A stretch of DNA of 64,000 nt from contig CP070751.1 of the NCBI GenBank assembly GCA_020348445.1, forward strand, positions 4,353,723-4,417,722. The letters are read 5' to 3'. The notes beneath the pieces are model-generated. The model saw only the letters and a program-made list of their open reading frames with translations, was not told where the DNA came from and made no database searches. The DNA is from Thermoplasmata archaeon. GTDB taxonomy: Archaea; Thermoplasmatota; Thermoplasmata; GCA-020350865. How positions within the stretch are numbered: the first letter of the stretch is position 1; each line of letters opens with the position of its first letter. Position numbers and translations under genes: made by a program. Positions 32,224-42,778 of the stretch are shown here, one piece after another.

Positions 32224-35200
32224 TTATTCTACATCAATCGAATTTGAACTTTGACCTACTCCCAACCTGATATTGTCATCATCTTTCACAACCAATGTCA
32301 CCGTTCCTGAGCCCTCATAAACCAGAGTTGTCGTATCTACGATGTCCATGGGGCTCACTTCTGGTGAAGGATAAGGATCTAGATTTGGAGGATTGCTCAG
32401 ATAAGTAACTATCACATTCTGAGTGCTATAGGAGTAAGTCAGAGTTAAATCATCGCTTCCGGGGTCTGTGAGATGAGAAGTAACCTCAAATGAGCACCCA
32501 ATTAAATGGCCATTCAGATTCGCTTCCCAGGGGTCTATGTGATTCCAATGGTCGCTGTCCCAGTATGACTGTCTAACGTTAAACGTGTGATGTAAACATG
32601 CTATTGAACCGTCCTGAGCTTCAATATCTATCCATACTGGGTTGCCGCCCCAGACATTGCCATTCACTCTTGGATCGTTTGGCAGGTAATCGACCTTGGT
32701 TGAATACCTCTTAGTCATGTCCAACTTGATATTTGTTATCGTGGCTTTTTGATCGTCAGGACTTCCCGGGTACCTGGTCACCTTTCCCGTCCAAATCTGA
32801 GAATCGTCCTCGAAGAGATAAATATCTACAGAGTGATATTTTTCTCCTGCCACTCTGAGGGAGATGTTCACATACATGTAGGCTTCTATTTTCTCGATGA
32901 CTGGCGCCACATTTTTTACCGTGATATTTGTAGTGTATTTTGTTGCTCCCCCATCATCATCTTCCACTGTCAAGGTTAATACAAACACTCCATTATCACC
33001 GTATGTGTGCTCAACATCGTCTGCAGCAGAGAACGGGTATGTCCCCCACGGACTCGGATATGGATCAGGTCCTGTGCCATCATTGTAGTATGAACTCACA
33101 TATGTTGGCCCGTAATCAAATTCCCAGGTGAAAGTCAAATCGTCGCTGCCCGGATCTGTGGAGGTGGCTGTGATATCCAAAGGTGAGGCTTCATCCACTG
33201 TAAATGGTCCAAATGGCTGAATCTGCGGAGCTACATTATAAATTGTAAAATTCGATATAAAGGAGACGACCCCTTTATCATCATCTTCTACAGTCAGAGT
33301 AACAGTATAAACACCATTATCGCCATAAGCATGGGTTACCTGGTCAGTTGCCGAGAATGGGTATGTTCCCCAAGGGCTTGGGTATGGGTCTAGCCCTGTA
33401 CCATCATTATAGTGAATATTTGTAGTGGCTGGTACAAGTTCAAATTTCCAACTAAAAGTGAGGTCATCACTTCCCTGGTCTGTGGAATTTGCAGAAAGGG
33501 TAAAGGGCGTGCCCTCTTCCATAACAGTTGTAGGCCAGATTGCGGTGATCGTGGGTGCGACATTGTTTACTGTGATATTTGTGGTGTATGATGTTTTTCC
33601 GTTGTCATCATCAATTACAGTCAAGGCTACCGTGAAAACACCGTTATCACCATAGGTGTGAGTCACCGTATCGGTAACATTGAAGGGATAATTTCCTTCT
33701 GGGCTTGGGTAAGGATCAGGATTCACACCGTCATTGTAATGAACATTCGATATTGTTGGGCCGTATTCGAATTCCCAGGTGAAAGTCAAATCATCGCTGC
33801 CTAAATCAGTTGAAATTGCAGTAAGGTCCAATGGCATTCCTTCATCAACAGTGAATGGCCCAAAAGGCTGGATTGTTGGAGCGACATTATCCACATAAAC
33901 TGTGGTCGACAATGTGGTTACCGCACCGTCATCGTCAGTTACCTTGAAAGTCAGTGTGTAATTGTAATTGTCACCATAAGTATGGTCTATTGTATCTTGG
34001 GCAATAAACGGAAAGATTCCGTCGGGACTTGGGTATGGATCTGGAGTTGTTCCATTATTATAGAATGTATTTTTGATAACTGGGGTTGAATCACCAAAGT
34101 CCCATTCAAAAGTCAGATCATCGCTTCCCAGGTCTTTTACAGTTGCCCTGTAAGCTGCCGATGTACCTTCGTAGGCCACATATGGGATTGCGAGCTCGAT
34201 AATGGACGGAGCCACATTGTCCACAGAAACTGTGGTCGTATATGTGGTCATGGCACCGTCATCGTCAGTAACTGTTAGAACAAGTGTATAATCATAATTA
34301 TCCCCATATGTGTGGGTCACCATATCTGAGGCATTAAAGGGATATGTGCCTTGTGGACTTTTAATCTCGTTTGTAACGGGATCGTAAACTGGCTCGGGAC
34401 TCACACCATTATTGTAGTATGTGTTTTCGATTGTAGGGCCATATTCGAACGCCCAGGAGAATGTCAGATCATCGCTTCCAGGGTCAACAGCATTTGCTGT
34501 GAACGTTATTGGATAACTTTCATAGTAATCATTAGAACTTGCAGGAGAATATTTTATGGTGGCATAATCATAACCTGTCCCACTTCCCCAACTAGCACCG
34601 GTAACATATACATTTCCCATTGAATCAGTAACTATGGCTTGCACCCGATCTTGATAATTTCCGAGACCATTGTATCTTTCAACCCATAGTTCATTACCTG
34701 ATAAATCATAAGCAACGGTGGCATAGTCTATATCTGTTCCGACACCATCACTCATTCCTGTAATATAGATATTTCCAGAAGGATCTAGCGTCATCGCATC
34801 TGCCGAATTATAACCGGTTACAGAACCGCTGTATCTTGCAATCCATAGCTGATTTCCATTGGTATCGTAGGCTATTGTGGTAAAGTCTGTACCTGATTGA
34901 CTGTTTGGACTTTTTCCCGTTACAAAGACATTTCCCGATGGATCCACACATAAATCATATGCAAAATCATCATTACCTGGACCATCATATCTTTTTACCC
35001 AGATTTGGTTGCCAAATTGATCATATTTGATGGTCGCATAATCACATTCTGTTGTTATTCCATTGTGAAACAAACTAGTCCCAGTTACATATACGTTTCC
35101 TGATGAATCGACATCCAATCCCATACTAGCATCTTGACTATTTCCTGGGCCGTTATATCTTGCCACCCAAATCTCATTTCCATAGTTGTCATATTTTATT

Positions 35201-38200
35201 GTGGCATAATCATCATCTGTTCCACTGCCAGGACTATTACCTGTAACGTAAATATTTCCATTGTTATCCAATGAAATTCTTCTAGGCTCATCCCAATCAT
35301 GTCCTGGGCCATCATATCGTGCCGTCCAGAGCTGATTTCCTGAAGAATCATATGCTACTGTAGCAAAATCGCGACTGGTTCCGCTTCCTTGACTTTCGCC
35401 TACTACGTAAATATTTCCCATGGAATCAATAGCCATAGAATGGGCTGCATCATAACCACTTGCAGGACCATTGTATCTTGCTTCCCATAGTAGATTTCCT
35501 GACGAATCATATTTTAAGGTCGCAAAGTCGCTGTATGTGCCAGAACCTCTACTTCCCCCTGTGACATAGACATTTCCCAATGAATCGACAACAATGGAAG
35601 TACCAAAATCCCAATCATTTGCAGGACCATCATATCTTGCCCTCCATAGTTCGTTACCAAGGGAGTCATATGCAATTGTGACATAGTCCCAACTTGTTGT
35701 ACTGCTATCGCTAGACCCTGTAACATACACATTTCCCGTCGAATCTACGGTAAGTGCCCTACCCCAATCATGACCATATCCTGGGGAATTGTATCTTGCT
35801 ACCCATTCTTCTGTAACATCTTGGGACATCAATGTCGTATTTTGTACTATGATCGCTTCTATTGTTGGCACAACATTATTGACACTCACCGTGGTTTCAT
35901 AGGAAGTAGAACCACCTTCATCATCTTCTACTGTCAGAGTAATTGTATAAACACCGTTATCTCCATAGGTATGCTGGACAGTGTCTGTAACTGTAAATGG
36001 ATATGTGCCCAATGGGCTTTGAGGAGGATCCGGGCTAGCGCCATTGTTGTAGTAGATGGTGGTTGTCGTGGAAGTCCCGTCTCCCCATTCCCATGTAAAA
36101 GTGAGATCGTCACTGCCTTGATCCGTGGCAGTGGAACTGAAGGTTATTGGTGATCCTTCAAAACCCGAAGGTGCAGTTATTGAATTTACAGAGGGAGCGA
36201 TGTTTTTTACATTAATAGTGGTTGTGGAGGTTGATATTTCGTCATCATCATCGGTAACTGTCAGTGTGATGGTATAAACACCATTGTCTCCGTAAGTGTG
36301 GCTTACGGTATCTGTAACTGTAAATGGGTGAGTTCCCCATGGACTCTTGATTTTATTTGTGGCAGGATCGTAATCAGGTTCCGGGCTTAAGCCATTGTTA
36401 TAATATTTGGTCACAGTATCGGGTGTTCCATCGCCCCAGTTCCATGTGAATGTGAGGTCGTCGGTGCCTGGGTCGGAAGCAGTTCCTGTGAATGTTACAA
36501 GAGAGCCTTCATCGCATTCATAATGAGTTGGTAGGGAATATTTTATTGTGCAATAGTCACGCCCAGTTTTGTTAGCTCGGCTATATCCAGTCACAAATAT
36601 ATTTCCGGAGGACTCTACAGCGACATCAAGTGAAATATCATATTTATTTCCTGGGCCATTATATCTAGCCACCCAAAGCTCATTACCTAATAAGTCATAA
36701 GCTACAGTTGCATAGTCACCCTCTGTTCCATTTCCATGGCTTTGACCAGTCACATAAATTATACCTAATAAGTCGTTAATCGCCAGGGCTCGGGCAGAAT
36801 CCGAACTATTTCCTGGGCCATTGTATCTAGCCACCCAGAGTTCGGTACCCTCATTGTCATAAGCTACAGTTGCATAGTCATTATCTGTCCAAATACCTCT
36901 GCTCCTCCCGAATACATAAACATTTCCTGATATGTCTATAGCTATGTCCTGAGGATAATCTGCTTCATTTGCTGGGCCGTTGTATCTTGCGACCCAGAGT
37001 TCATTACCTGAGGGATCATACTTTACTGTAGCATAGTCAGCGCTTGTTCCATTACCATAACTTTGTCCAGTAACATATACATTTCTTAAGGAATCTATAA
37101 CTATCTCATAAGCCTTATCCCAACTATTTCCTGGGCCATTATATCTTGCCACCCATAGTTCATTACCAGCTGAGTTGTAAGCCACAGTAGCAAAATCACT
37201 TTTATTTACACCACCGTCACAACCTCCTGTCACATAGACATTCCCAGACAAATCAATGGCAATGTCTGATGCCATACCTCCATTAAATCTCGCCATCCAG
37301 ATCTCGTTTCCATTTAAATCATACTTTATTGTGTCACAACCATTTCCGTAATACCCTGTCACATAGACATTTCCCGATGTATCAACTGCAATTGCCCGTC
37401 CATAATTATCACCAGTTCCTGGCGGATTGGATCTCGCTACCCAAAGCTCATTACCGTTTGTATTATATTTGATCGTGGCATAATCATAATCTCCTTTACT
37501 ATTTCTACTCTTACCTGTTATGTAAACATTCCCTAAAGAATCTACTGCTATGTCATAGGCTTGATCAATGCTATTCCCAGGGCCATTGTACTTAGCCACC
37601 CAGAGCTCGTTACCATTTGAATCGTATTTTATCGTAGTATAGGTTGAGTTGGATGGATTGTAACTACTATAACTCCATCCAGTTACGTAGACATTTCCTA
37701 AGGAATCCACAGCTAAGGATTCGGCCACGTCATCTCCAAATCCTGGTCCATTATACCTTGCAACCCATTCCTCCATCACACTTTTTTGTAAAGCTGTTGC
37801 ACCTAAGGCAGTAATTGGTTCCACTGCCGGAGCAACATTCCTCACAGTCACCTGCATAGTGTCAGTGTCAAGCAGTCTGCCTGCAGAATAATTTTCCACG
37901 ATTTCCGATATTTCATTATAAATTGTTTCTAAATATCCAGCGTCCGGTGCCGGGAAGTACTTCCCATCCGTGATGTCGGCTATCTCTTTAAGAAGCAGCT
38001 CTTCCGTGGAGTTAGGCAACATGGCCAATCCGATGGTAAATATTTTTACGTCCCTGCTTGCTGCAATATTTGCCTCAATTAAACAGTAGTTGTTGTCAAT
38101 TGGGTCATTGTTCTGTGCATCTGTGAGAAGAATCATGATTGGAACATGACTTGGGTCTGCATTATTTCTCAGTTCCTCATTTGAAAGATTGAGTCCTCTG

Positions 38201-40545
38201 GAAATTCCTGTACCTCCCATGCTATCAATGTAATCGAGATTGCCCTTGATTCTAGCATAATCCATACTTAGGTGATCATCATAAGGCCCAGGTGGCATGA
38301 GATCTGCATCTGTATCAAAATCAACTACACAGCCCCTGTCATCAGGCGTCATCTTGTCAACATATTGCTTTGCAGCATCTATTCTGAAGTTGAGGGGATC
38401 GTTCCACCCCATGCTTCCAGAGCTGTCCATTACCAAAACACAATCCTGGGCAACCTTTATGACATCACCAGTTTGATATGGAGTTGACACAGTGAGGGTT
38501 ACAGTATAGATGCCATCATCGCCAAAAATATGGGTTGGAGTGGGGCCGGTTGCATCGACATCGTTGGTATAGTTGCCATCTCCATCCAAATCAACATCTG
38601 AATCGAAGTCCCATTCGTAGGTAAGTTCGCCTGATTGAGAATAATTAAGGCTTCCGGTTTGGTATATTCTTAGAATGTCCTGATCAGACAGGGCACAGTC
38701 ATATATTGCCACTTCATCGATAATACCCTTGAAAAGGGCAACTCCATAGCGGCCAATTCCAACATTTGCGGCACTTGTCCTTATTATACCTGTGAAGTTC
38801 ACACAATCCTCGACTTGGCCGTTGTAAAACACCTTCAGCACATTGCCGTCCCAGGTCATGGCAATGTGTTGCCATACATCGTAAACGATATCTGTGGTGC
38901 CTGTGGCCTGATGCCAATTGTTTACAGGGCTATCTTCACGAAGTATTGATCTCACCTGCCCCGGGTAGATGTCCAGGGTGTACAGGCCACCTCGCCCTTC
39001 ATGTCCAGGATTAAGCTCCTTGCAGACAACATATCCATAGTCAGTTCTTTTGGGTTTGATCCATGCGTGTATTGTCATCATATCAGTGATATTCAATGAA
39101 GGTGAAGTGGGTACATCCACGAAGTCCTTGAGTCCGTCAAAATTCAGGGCGCTGCCGTATTTTCCAGTTGTCCATGTAGCCTTATATATTTCACCGTCGT
39201 TGTGATTGTCGGTCTCATCATAAATCGTATCTCCAGATCCCTCATCCATATGCCATACTGCAACGGCATCGGGAATTACTCCCCCACCTGCTGTAGAGCC
39301 GCTTCCATTGAATTGAACTACATCTCCTTCGTTTACGGTTTGGTCTGGGCCTGCGTCGGCGGTTGGGGGTTGGGATTGAGGAGGGGAGGGTGTGCCGATG
39401 GCGTAGAGGTTACCATCTGAAGAGCCGACATATATCGTGCCATCTGAACCTATCGCAGGAGATGAACACACCTCGCCGCCGGTTGAGAAATTCCATTTCT
39501 CAGTTCCATCGGGATTTATTGCATATAGTTTATTGTCATCGGAGCCAATATAAATTGTACCGTCAGAGCTAATTGCAGGTGATGAGCGTATATAATATTC
39601 AGTCGTAAAGTTCCATTTCTCTGTACCATCTGGATTAATCGCATACAATTTTCCATCCCAGGAGCCAATATAAATTGTTTCATCAGAACCAATTGCAGGT
39701 GAAGAGGTAATAATGTGATCTGTTGAAAAGTTCCATATCTCTGTTCCGTCTGGGTTAATTGCATACAGTTTATAATCACAAGAGCCTACATAAATTGTAC
39801 CGTCAGAACCAATTGCGGGTGAAGACCATACCGAACTACCAGTTTTATAACTCCATTTCTCTGTGCCATCCGGATTAATTGCGTATAAATAATAATAATA
39901 GGAACCAATATAAATTGTACCATCAGAGGCAATTGCTGGTGAAGAGTGCAAATCCATAGCAGTTGTGTAACTCCATTTCTCAGTACCATCTGGATTGATT
40001 GCATAAAGTATATTGTCCTCAGATCCAACATAAATTGTTCCATCAGAACCGATTGCAGGTGATGATCTCACTTCACCGTTAGTCGAGAAATTCCATTTCT
40101 CAGTTCCATCCGGATTGATCGTATGTAGCTTTCTATCCCAACAACCAACATAAATCTCACCGTTGAAACCGATTACAGGAGAGGAACTTACCCAATAACC
40201 TGTCGTAAAATTCCACTTTATCGTACCATCTATATTAATAGCATAGAGTAGACCATCGTGTGAACCCACATAGATGGTATTATCGGAACCGATTGTAGGT
40301 GATGATTCAATTCTATTATTAGTCGCAAAATTCCACTTTAATTTTCCAGGGTTTGTGCTAGTATCATACGGGCTGAGACCTGTATGATTGAGATTTTGCC
40401 GGAACATCGGCCACGGGGAATCAGCCAGACCTCCCCCTCCCCCACTCGAACTTGAATCCGGTTCCCCAACATCAAGGGTTATCGGTGTGGAAGTAGAAGC
40501 TAACATAACCAAACATAAAAACAAACTTTCAATCTTGGAATTCAT
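32224..40545 (-). CDS. Giant secreted/surface protein: PQQ-like beta-propeller, PKD, LamG, VWA, two SBBP beta-propellers, multiple PKD repeats
   Basis: 2773 aa. Signal-like N-terminus; SSPAIGSDGTIYVGS repeats (~39390-40380); LamG (~38660-39270); VWA MIDAS DSSGS (~37900-38450); WVARYNGPG..IAVDS.GNVYVTG repeats (36540-37770 and 34550-35810); DPGSDDLTFTW..HTYGDNG PKD units. Confidence 0.88.
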   Translation of the reverse strand: MNSKIESLFLCLVMLASTSTPITLDVGEPDSSSSGGGGGLADSPWPMFRQNLNHTGLSPYDTSTNPGKLKWNFATNNRIESSPTIGSDNTIYVGSHDGLLYAINIDGTIKWNFTTGYWVSSSPVIGFNGEIYVGCWDRKLHTINPDGTEKWNFSTNGEVRSSPAIGSDGTIYVGSEDNILYAINPDGTEKWSYTTAMDLHSSPAIASDGTIYIGSYYYYLYAINPDGTEKWSYKTGSSVWSSPAIGSDGTIYVGSCDYKLYAINPDGTEIWNFSTDHIITSSPAIGSDETIYIGSWDGKLYAINPDGTEKWNFTTEYYIRSSPAISSDGTIYIGSDDNKLYAINPDGTEKWNFSTGGEVCSSPAIGSDGTIYVGSSDGNLYAIGTPSPPQSQPPTADAGPDQTVNEGDVVQFNGSGSTAGGGVIPDAVAVWHMDEGSGDTIYDETDNHNDGEIYKATWTTGKYGSALNFDGLKDFVDVPTSPSLNITDMMTIHAWIKPKRTDYGYVVCKELNPGHEGRGGLYTLDIYPGQVRSILREDSPVNNWHQATGTTDIVYDVWQHIAMTWDGNVLKVFYNGQVEDCVNFTGIIRTSAANVGIGRYGVALFKGIIDEVAIYDCALSDQDILRIYQTGSLNYSQSGELTYEWDFDSDVDLDGDGNYTNDVDATGPTPTHIFGDDGIYTVTLTVSTPYQTGDVIKVAQDCVLVMDSSGSMGWNDPLNFRIDAAKQYVDKMTPDDRGCVVDFDTDADLMPPGPYDDHLSMDYARIKGNLDYIDSMGGTGISRGLNLSNEELRNNADPSHVPIMILLTDAQNNDPIDNNYCLIEANIAASRDVKIFTIGLAMLPNSTEELLLKEIADITDGKYFPAPDAGYLETIYNEISEIVENYSAGRLLDTDTMQVTVRNVAPAVEPITALGATALQKSVMEEWVARYNGPGFGDDVAESLAVDSLGNVYVTGWSYSSYNPSNSTYTTIKYDSNGNELWVAKYNGPGNSIDQAYDIAVDSLGNVYITGKSRNSKGDYDYATIKYNTNGNELWVARSNPPGTGDNYGRAIAVDTSGNVYVTGYYGNGCDTIKYDLNGNEIWMARFNGGMASDIAIDLSGNVYVTGGCDGGVNKSDFATVAYNSAGNELWVARYNGPGNSWDKAYEIVIDSLRNVYVTGQSYGNGTSADYATVKYDPSGNELWVARYNGPANEADYPQDIAIDISGNVYVFGRSRGIWTDNDYATVAYDNEGTELWVARYNGPGNSSDSARALAINDLLGIIYVTGQSHGNGTEGDYATVAYDLLGNELWVARYNGPGNKYDISLDVAVESSGNIFVTGYSRANKTGRDYCTIKYSLPTHYECDEGSLVTFTGTASDPGTDDLTFTWNWGDGTPDTVTKYYNNGLSPEPDYDPATNKIKSPWGTHPFTVTDTVSHTYGDNGVYTITLTVTDDDDEISTSTTTINVKNIAPSVNSITAPSGFEGSPITFSSTATDQGSDDLTFTWEWGDGTSTTTTIYYNNGASPDPPQSPLGTYPFTVTDTVQHTYGDNGVYTITLTVEDDEGGSTSYETTVSVNNVVPTIEAIIVQNTTLMSQDVTEEWVARYNSPGYGHDWGRALTVDSTGNVYVTGSSDSSTTSWDYVTIAYDSLGNELWRARYDGPANDWDFGTSIVVDSLGNVYVTGGSRGSGTYSDFATLKYDSSGNLLWEARYNGPASGYDAAHSMAIDSMGNIYVVGESQGSGTSRDFATVAYDSSGNQLWTARYDGPGHDWDEPRRISLDNNGNIYVTGNSPGSGTDDDYATIKYDNYGNEIWVARYNGPGNSQDASMGLDVDSSGNVYVTGTSLFHNGITTECDYATIKYDQFGNQIWVKRYDGPGNDDFAYDLCVDPSGNVFVTGKSPNSQSGTDFTTIAYDTNGNQLWIARYSGSVTGYNSADAMTLDPSGNIYITGMSDGVGTDIDYATVAYDLSGNELWVERYNGLGNYQDRVQAIVTDSMGNVYVTGASWGSGTGYDYATIKYSPASSNDYYESYPITFTANAVDPGSDDLTFSWAFEYGPTIENTYYNNGVSPEPVYDPVTNEIKSPQGTYPFNASDMVTHTYGDNYDYTLVLTVTDDDGAMTTYTTTVSVDNVAPSIIELAIPYVAYEGTSAAYRATVKDLGSDDLTFEWDFGDSTPVIKNTFYNNGTTPDPYPSPDGIFPFIAQDTIDHTYGDNYNYTLTFKVTDDDGAVTTLSTTVYVDNVAPTIQPFGPFTVDEGMPLDLTAISTDLGSDDLTFTWEFEYGPTISNVHYNDGVNPDPYPSPEGNYPFNVTDTVTHTYGDNGVFTVALTVIDDDNGKTSYTTNITVNNVAPTITAIWPTTVMEEGTPFTLSANSTDQGSDDLTFSWKFELVPATTNIHYNDGTGLDPYPSPWGTYPFSATDQVTHAYGDNGVYTVTLTVEDDDKGVVSFISNFTIYNVAPQIQPFGPFTVDEASPLDITATSTDPGSDDLTFTWEFDYGPTYVSSYYNDGTGPDPYPSPWGTYPFSAADDVEHTYGDNGVFVLTLTVEDDDGGATKYTTNITVKNVAPVIEKIEAYMYVNISLRVAGEKYHSVDIYLFEDDSQIWTGKVTRYPGSPDDQKATITNIKLDMTKRYSTKVDYLPNDPRVNGNVWGGNPVWIDIEAQDGSIACLHHTFNVRQSYWDSDHWNHIDPWEANLNGHLIGCSFEVTSHLTDPGSDDLTLTYSYSTQNVIVTYLSNPPNLDPYPSPEVSPMDIVDTTTLVYEGSGTVTLVVKDDDNIRLGVGQSSNSIDVE

Positions 40546-40759
40546 TCTAACCTCTCCCTACCGCCAGCTTGATTGGAAACGCCCTTCTAAGTAGCTTTTC
40601 GAGGCTTATTGGATATAATGGTTTTATTAAATATTTATAATTTGGCTTTTAAGATACTGTTGCAGGAAGGCACCTGAGGTGAAAATGTGTTAAAACTCAA
40701 AGAAAAATCCAAAAAAGAGCGATTTTGCAATATACGTTATCCTCAAATATCTTTATTAC

Positions 40760-41338
40760 ATGGGGGTATTGGGGAAGAATATGGGCTGGGAAGATATAAT
40801 GGGAGATTGGCGATTTTGGACAACTTCAATTTCAATAATCATGGCTATTGTAATTCTAAAAAGTATTGGGATTAAAATGTATAAACCAAAATTCAAAATT
40901 ATGTATGAAACGGGTCGATTAGATTTTATCAAAACGAAAGATGGCGATATAACGGATTGCAAACTATTTTTTGCTTTAAATCACACCAATGGTTTTAAGG
41001 AAATTCCAATTCCAACTTTTATTAAACGGAATTTTATTAAGAAAGATAGTGTGACCTATGCCTTTCCCGAAAATTTCCCTTATCGGCGTATAGATAGTCC
41101 AATCATTTGGAAATTGGGATATTATAATCATCCATTTTGGTTGTATAGTTGTGAATGTTTCGATTGGGATGGACATAAATGGGTGTCAAGAAATTGGAAT
41201 GAATTATATGCCATTGGAAATTGGGCGTGGTTATTTCTTATGGGGAAATTGAGAAAGAAAGGGTATAAACAAATAAAAAGATGGAAGAAGGAAATTAAAA
41301 AGGAAGAGAAAGAAGAAAAATATAGGACAGTCACATAA
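40760..41338 (+). CDS. Hypothetical protein with an N-terminal hydrophobic helix
   Basis: 192 aa ORF in the AT-rich island; no recognisable motif. Confidence 0.5.
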   Translation: MGVLGKNMGWEDIMGDWRFWTTSISIIMAIVILKSIGIKMYKPKFKIMYETGRLDFIKTKDGDITDCKLFFALNHTNGFKEIPIPTFIKRNFIKKDSVTYAFPENFPYRRIDSPIIWKLGYYNHPFWLYSCECFDWDGHKWVSRNWNELYAIGNWAWLFLMGKLRKKGYKQIKRWKKEIKKEEKEEKYRTVT

Positions 41339-41533
41339 TATTAATAAAACAGAACGAGACAGGAGCATTTCAGATTCAACCATATTGACCGTATATTGAA
41401 TTCTTGTTTATGTTCCTGTCTCCTGTAACGATTTTTTTATATTAAGAGAAATCAAAATATCTGGTAATAAAAATCTATTATTGTAACGAAATCGTTAAAT
41501 GTGCGTTTTGAGTTATAGTTTTTTGCGGTCAAT

Positions 41534-42520
41534 ATGGCAAAAAAGAAAGCATCAAAGATAATTGAAGAATGGCTTGAAGGAACTGAATTCGATTCAAGAG
41601 AAACTTTAGATATAGGCGGGCTTCTATTCTTTCCTGAGGATATCTATAATGAATTAAAATCTGAAAATAAAATAATACGAGAAACAAATAAACGATTAAA
41701 TGAAGAAAATGAAAAATTAAAGGAAAAGATAATTGATTTGGAAAAAAAACATAACATAGAAGGGTTAAAAAAACAATTAAAAGGTAAAGATATGAAATTC
41801 TCAAAACTTAATACTGATTATAATAAACTTAGAGAAAAATTAGAATCTCAAATAGAAGATTTAAAAATAAAATTATCTGGAAAAGAAAGTGAGATTAAAC
41901 ATTTAACTCGGGAAGTGAAAAGATATAAAATGGATAAAGAAGAATGGTTTACCAGATACCAAAGTAATTTACCACAATGGAGTTTAGAATCGTTGGAGGA
42001 TAAAAAGTATAGTTTTTACGCCTCATGGGTTAATCCTTATTCAAGAAAAACCGAAGGGAAATATATTCCAAAAGATTTTAATCCACATCATAAAAATAGG
42101 ATAGAACGTGACAAACGGGATTATTATACTATTTATTATAAGGTTGGAAACAAAAACCGAAGAATAAGACTTCATAAATCTTTATTTGAAAAATTAAAAG
42201 ATGAAATTGAACCAAGAAAGAAAAAAACATTTCAAGTCCAATCCCCAATAGATATAGAAAAAAAAGATTTAATAAAAGTCGATAATTTAAATCAAATAAA
42301 AAAAATATATGCTGAAAAAGGGAAGGCAAGTATGATAACTGATAAAATGGAAAAAATTGCCAATCATTTCTTTGATAACAGGGGTATTCCTATATCAACA
42401 GGAGAAGTTAAATCTATAGCAAAATGTGATCAAAAAACTATCAATAGACATTTAAATTTCATGAAGGATTTTGGCATTATTGAAAAATTAAGTCATGGAC
42501 AATGGAGAATGCCAGATTGA
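41534..42520 (+). CDS. Coiled-coil protein with a C-terminal winged-HTH
   Basis: Heptad-rich segment (KIIRETNKRLNEENEKLKEKIIDLEKK..IEDLKIKLSGKESEIKHL); C-terminal STGEVKSIAKCDQKTINRHLNFMKDFGIIEKLSHGQWR. Confidence 0.65.
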   Translation: MAKKKASKIIEEWLEGTEFDSRETLDIGGLLFFPEDIYNELKSENKIIRETNKRLNEENEKLKEKIIDLEKKHNIEGLKKQLKGKDMKFSKLNTDYNKLREKLESQIEDLKIKLSGKESEIKHLTREVKRYKMDKEEWFTRYQSNLPQWSLESLEDKKYSFYASWVNPYSRKTEGKYIPKDFNPHHKNRIERDKRDYYTIYYKVGNKNRRIRLHKSLFEKLKDEIEPRKKKTFQVQSPIDIEKKDLIKVDNLNQIKKIYAEKGKASMITDKMEKIANHFFDNRGIPISTGEVKSIAKCDQKTINRHLNFMKDFGIIEKLSHGQWRMPD

Positions 42521-42778
42521 TTAAAATCTATTTTCATGCCACAATTATGCTATTTTCATTCCACTTTCAATTCCTATTTAGTTCCATAAATCCAATTTAA
42601 ATGCAATAACTATGCAATTATGAAACGATATTCGATGGAAAATCCCTTTTAAACCTATAATTCCCTATCTAAAATGTAAGTAGGCAGGTAGTAATAGAGC
42701 CCATCATTAGGGACACGAACCCTGCCTTCTTACTCTTGGTGATGTAATGGGAATGGAAAACTTAAATCTTTCGACAAA

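Noticed and set aside
31034-32560. Diversity-generating retroelement (template/variable repeat pair)
   Set aside because: No reverse transcriptase in the window, and the differences between copies are not adenine-specific.
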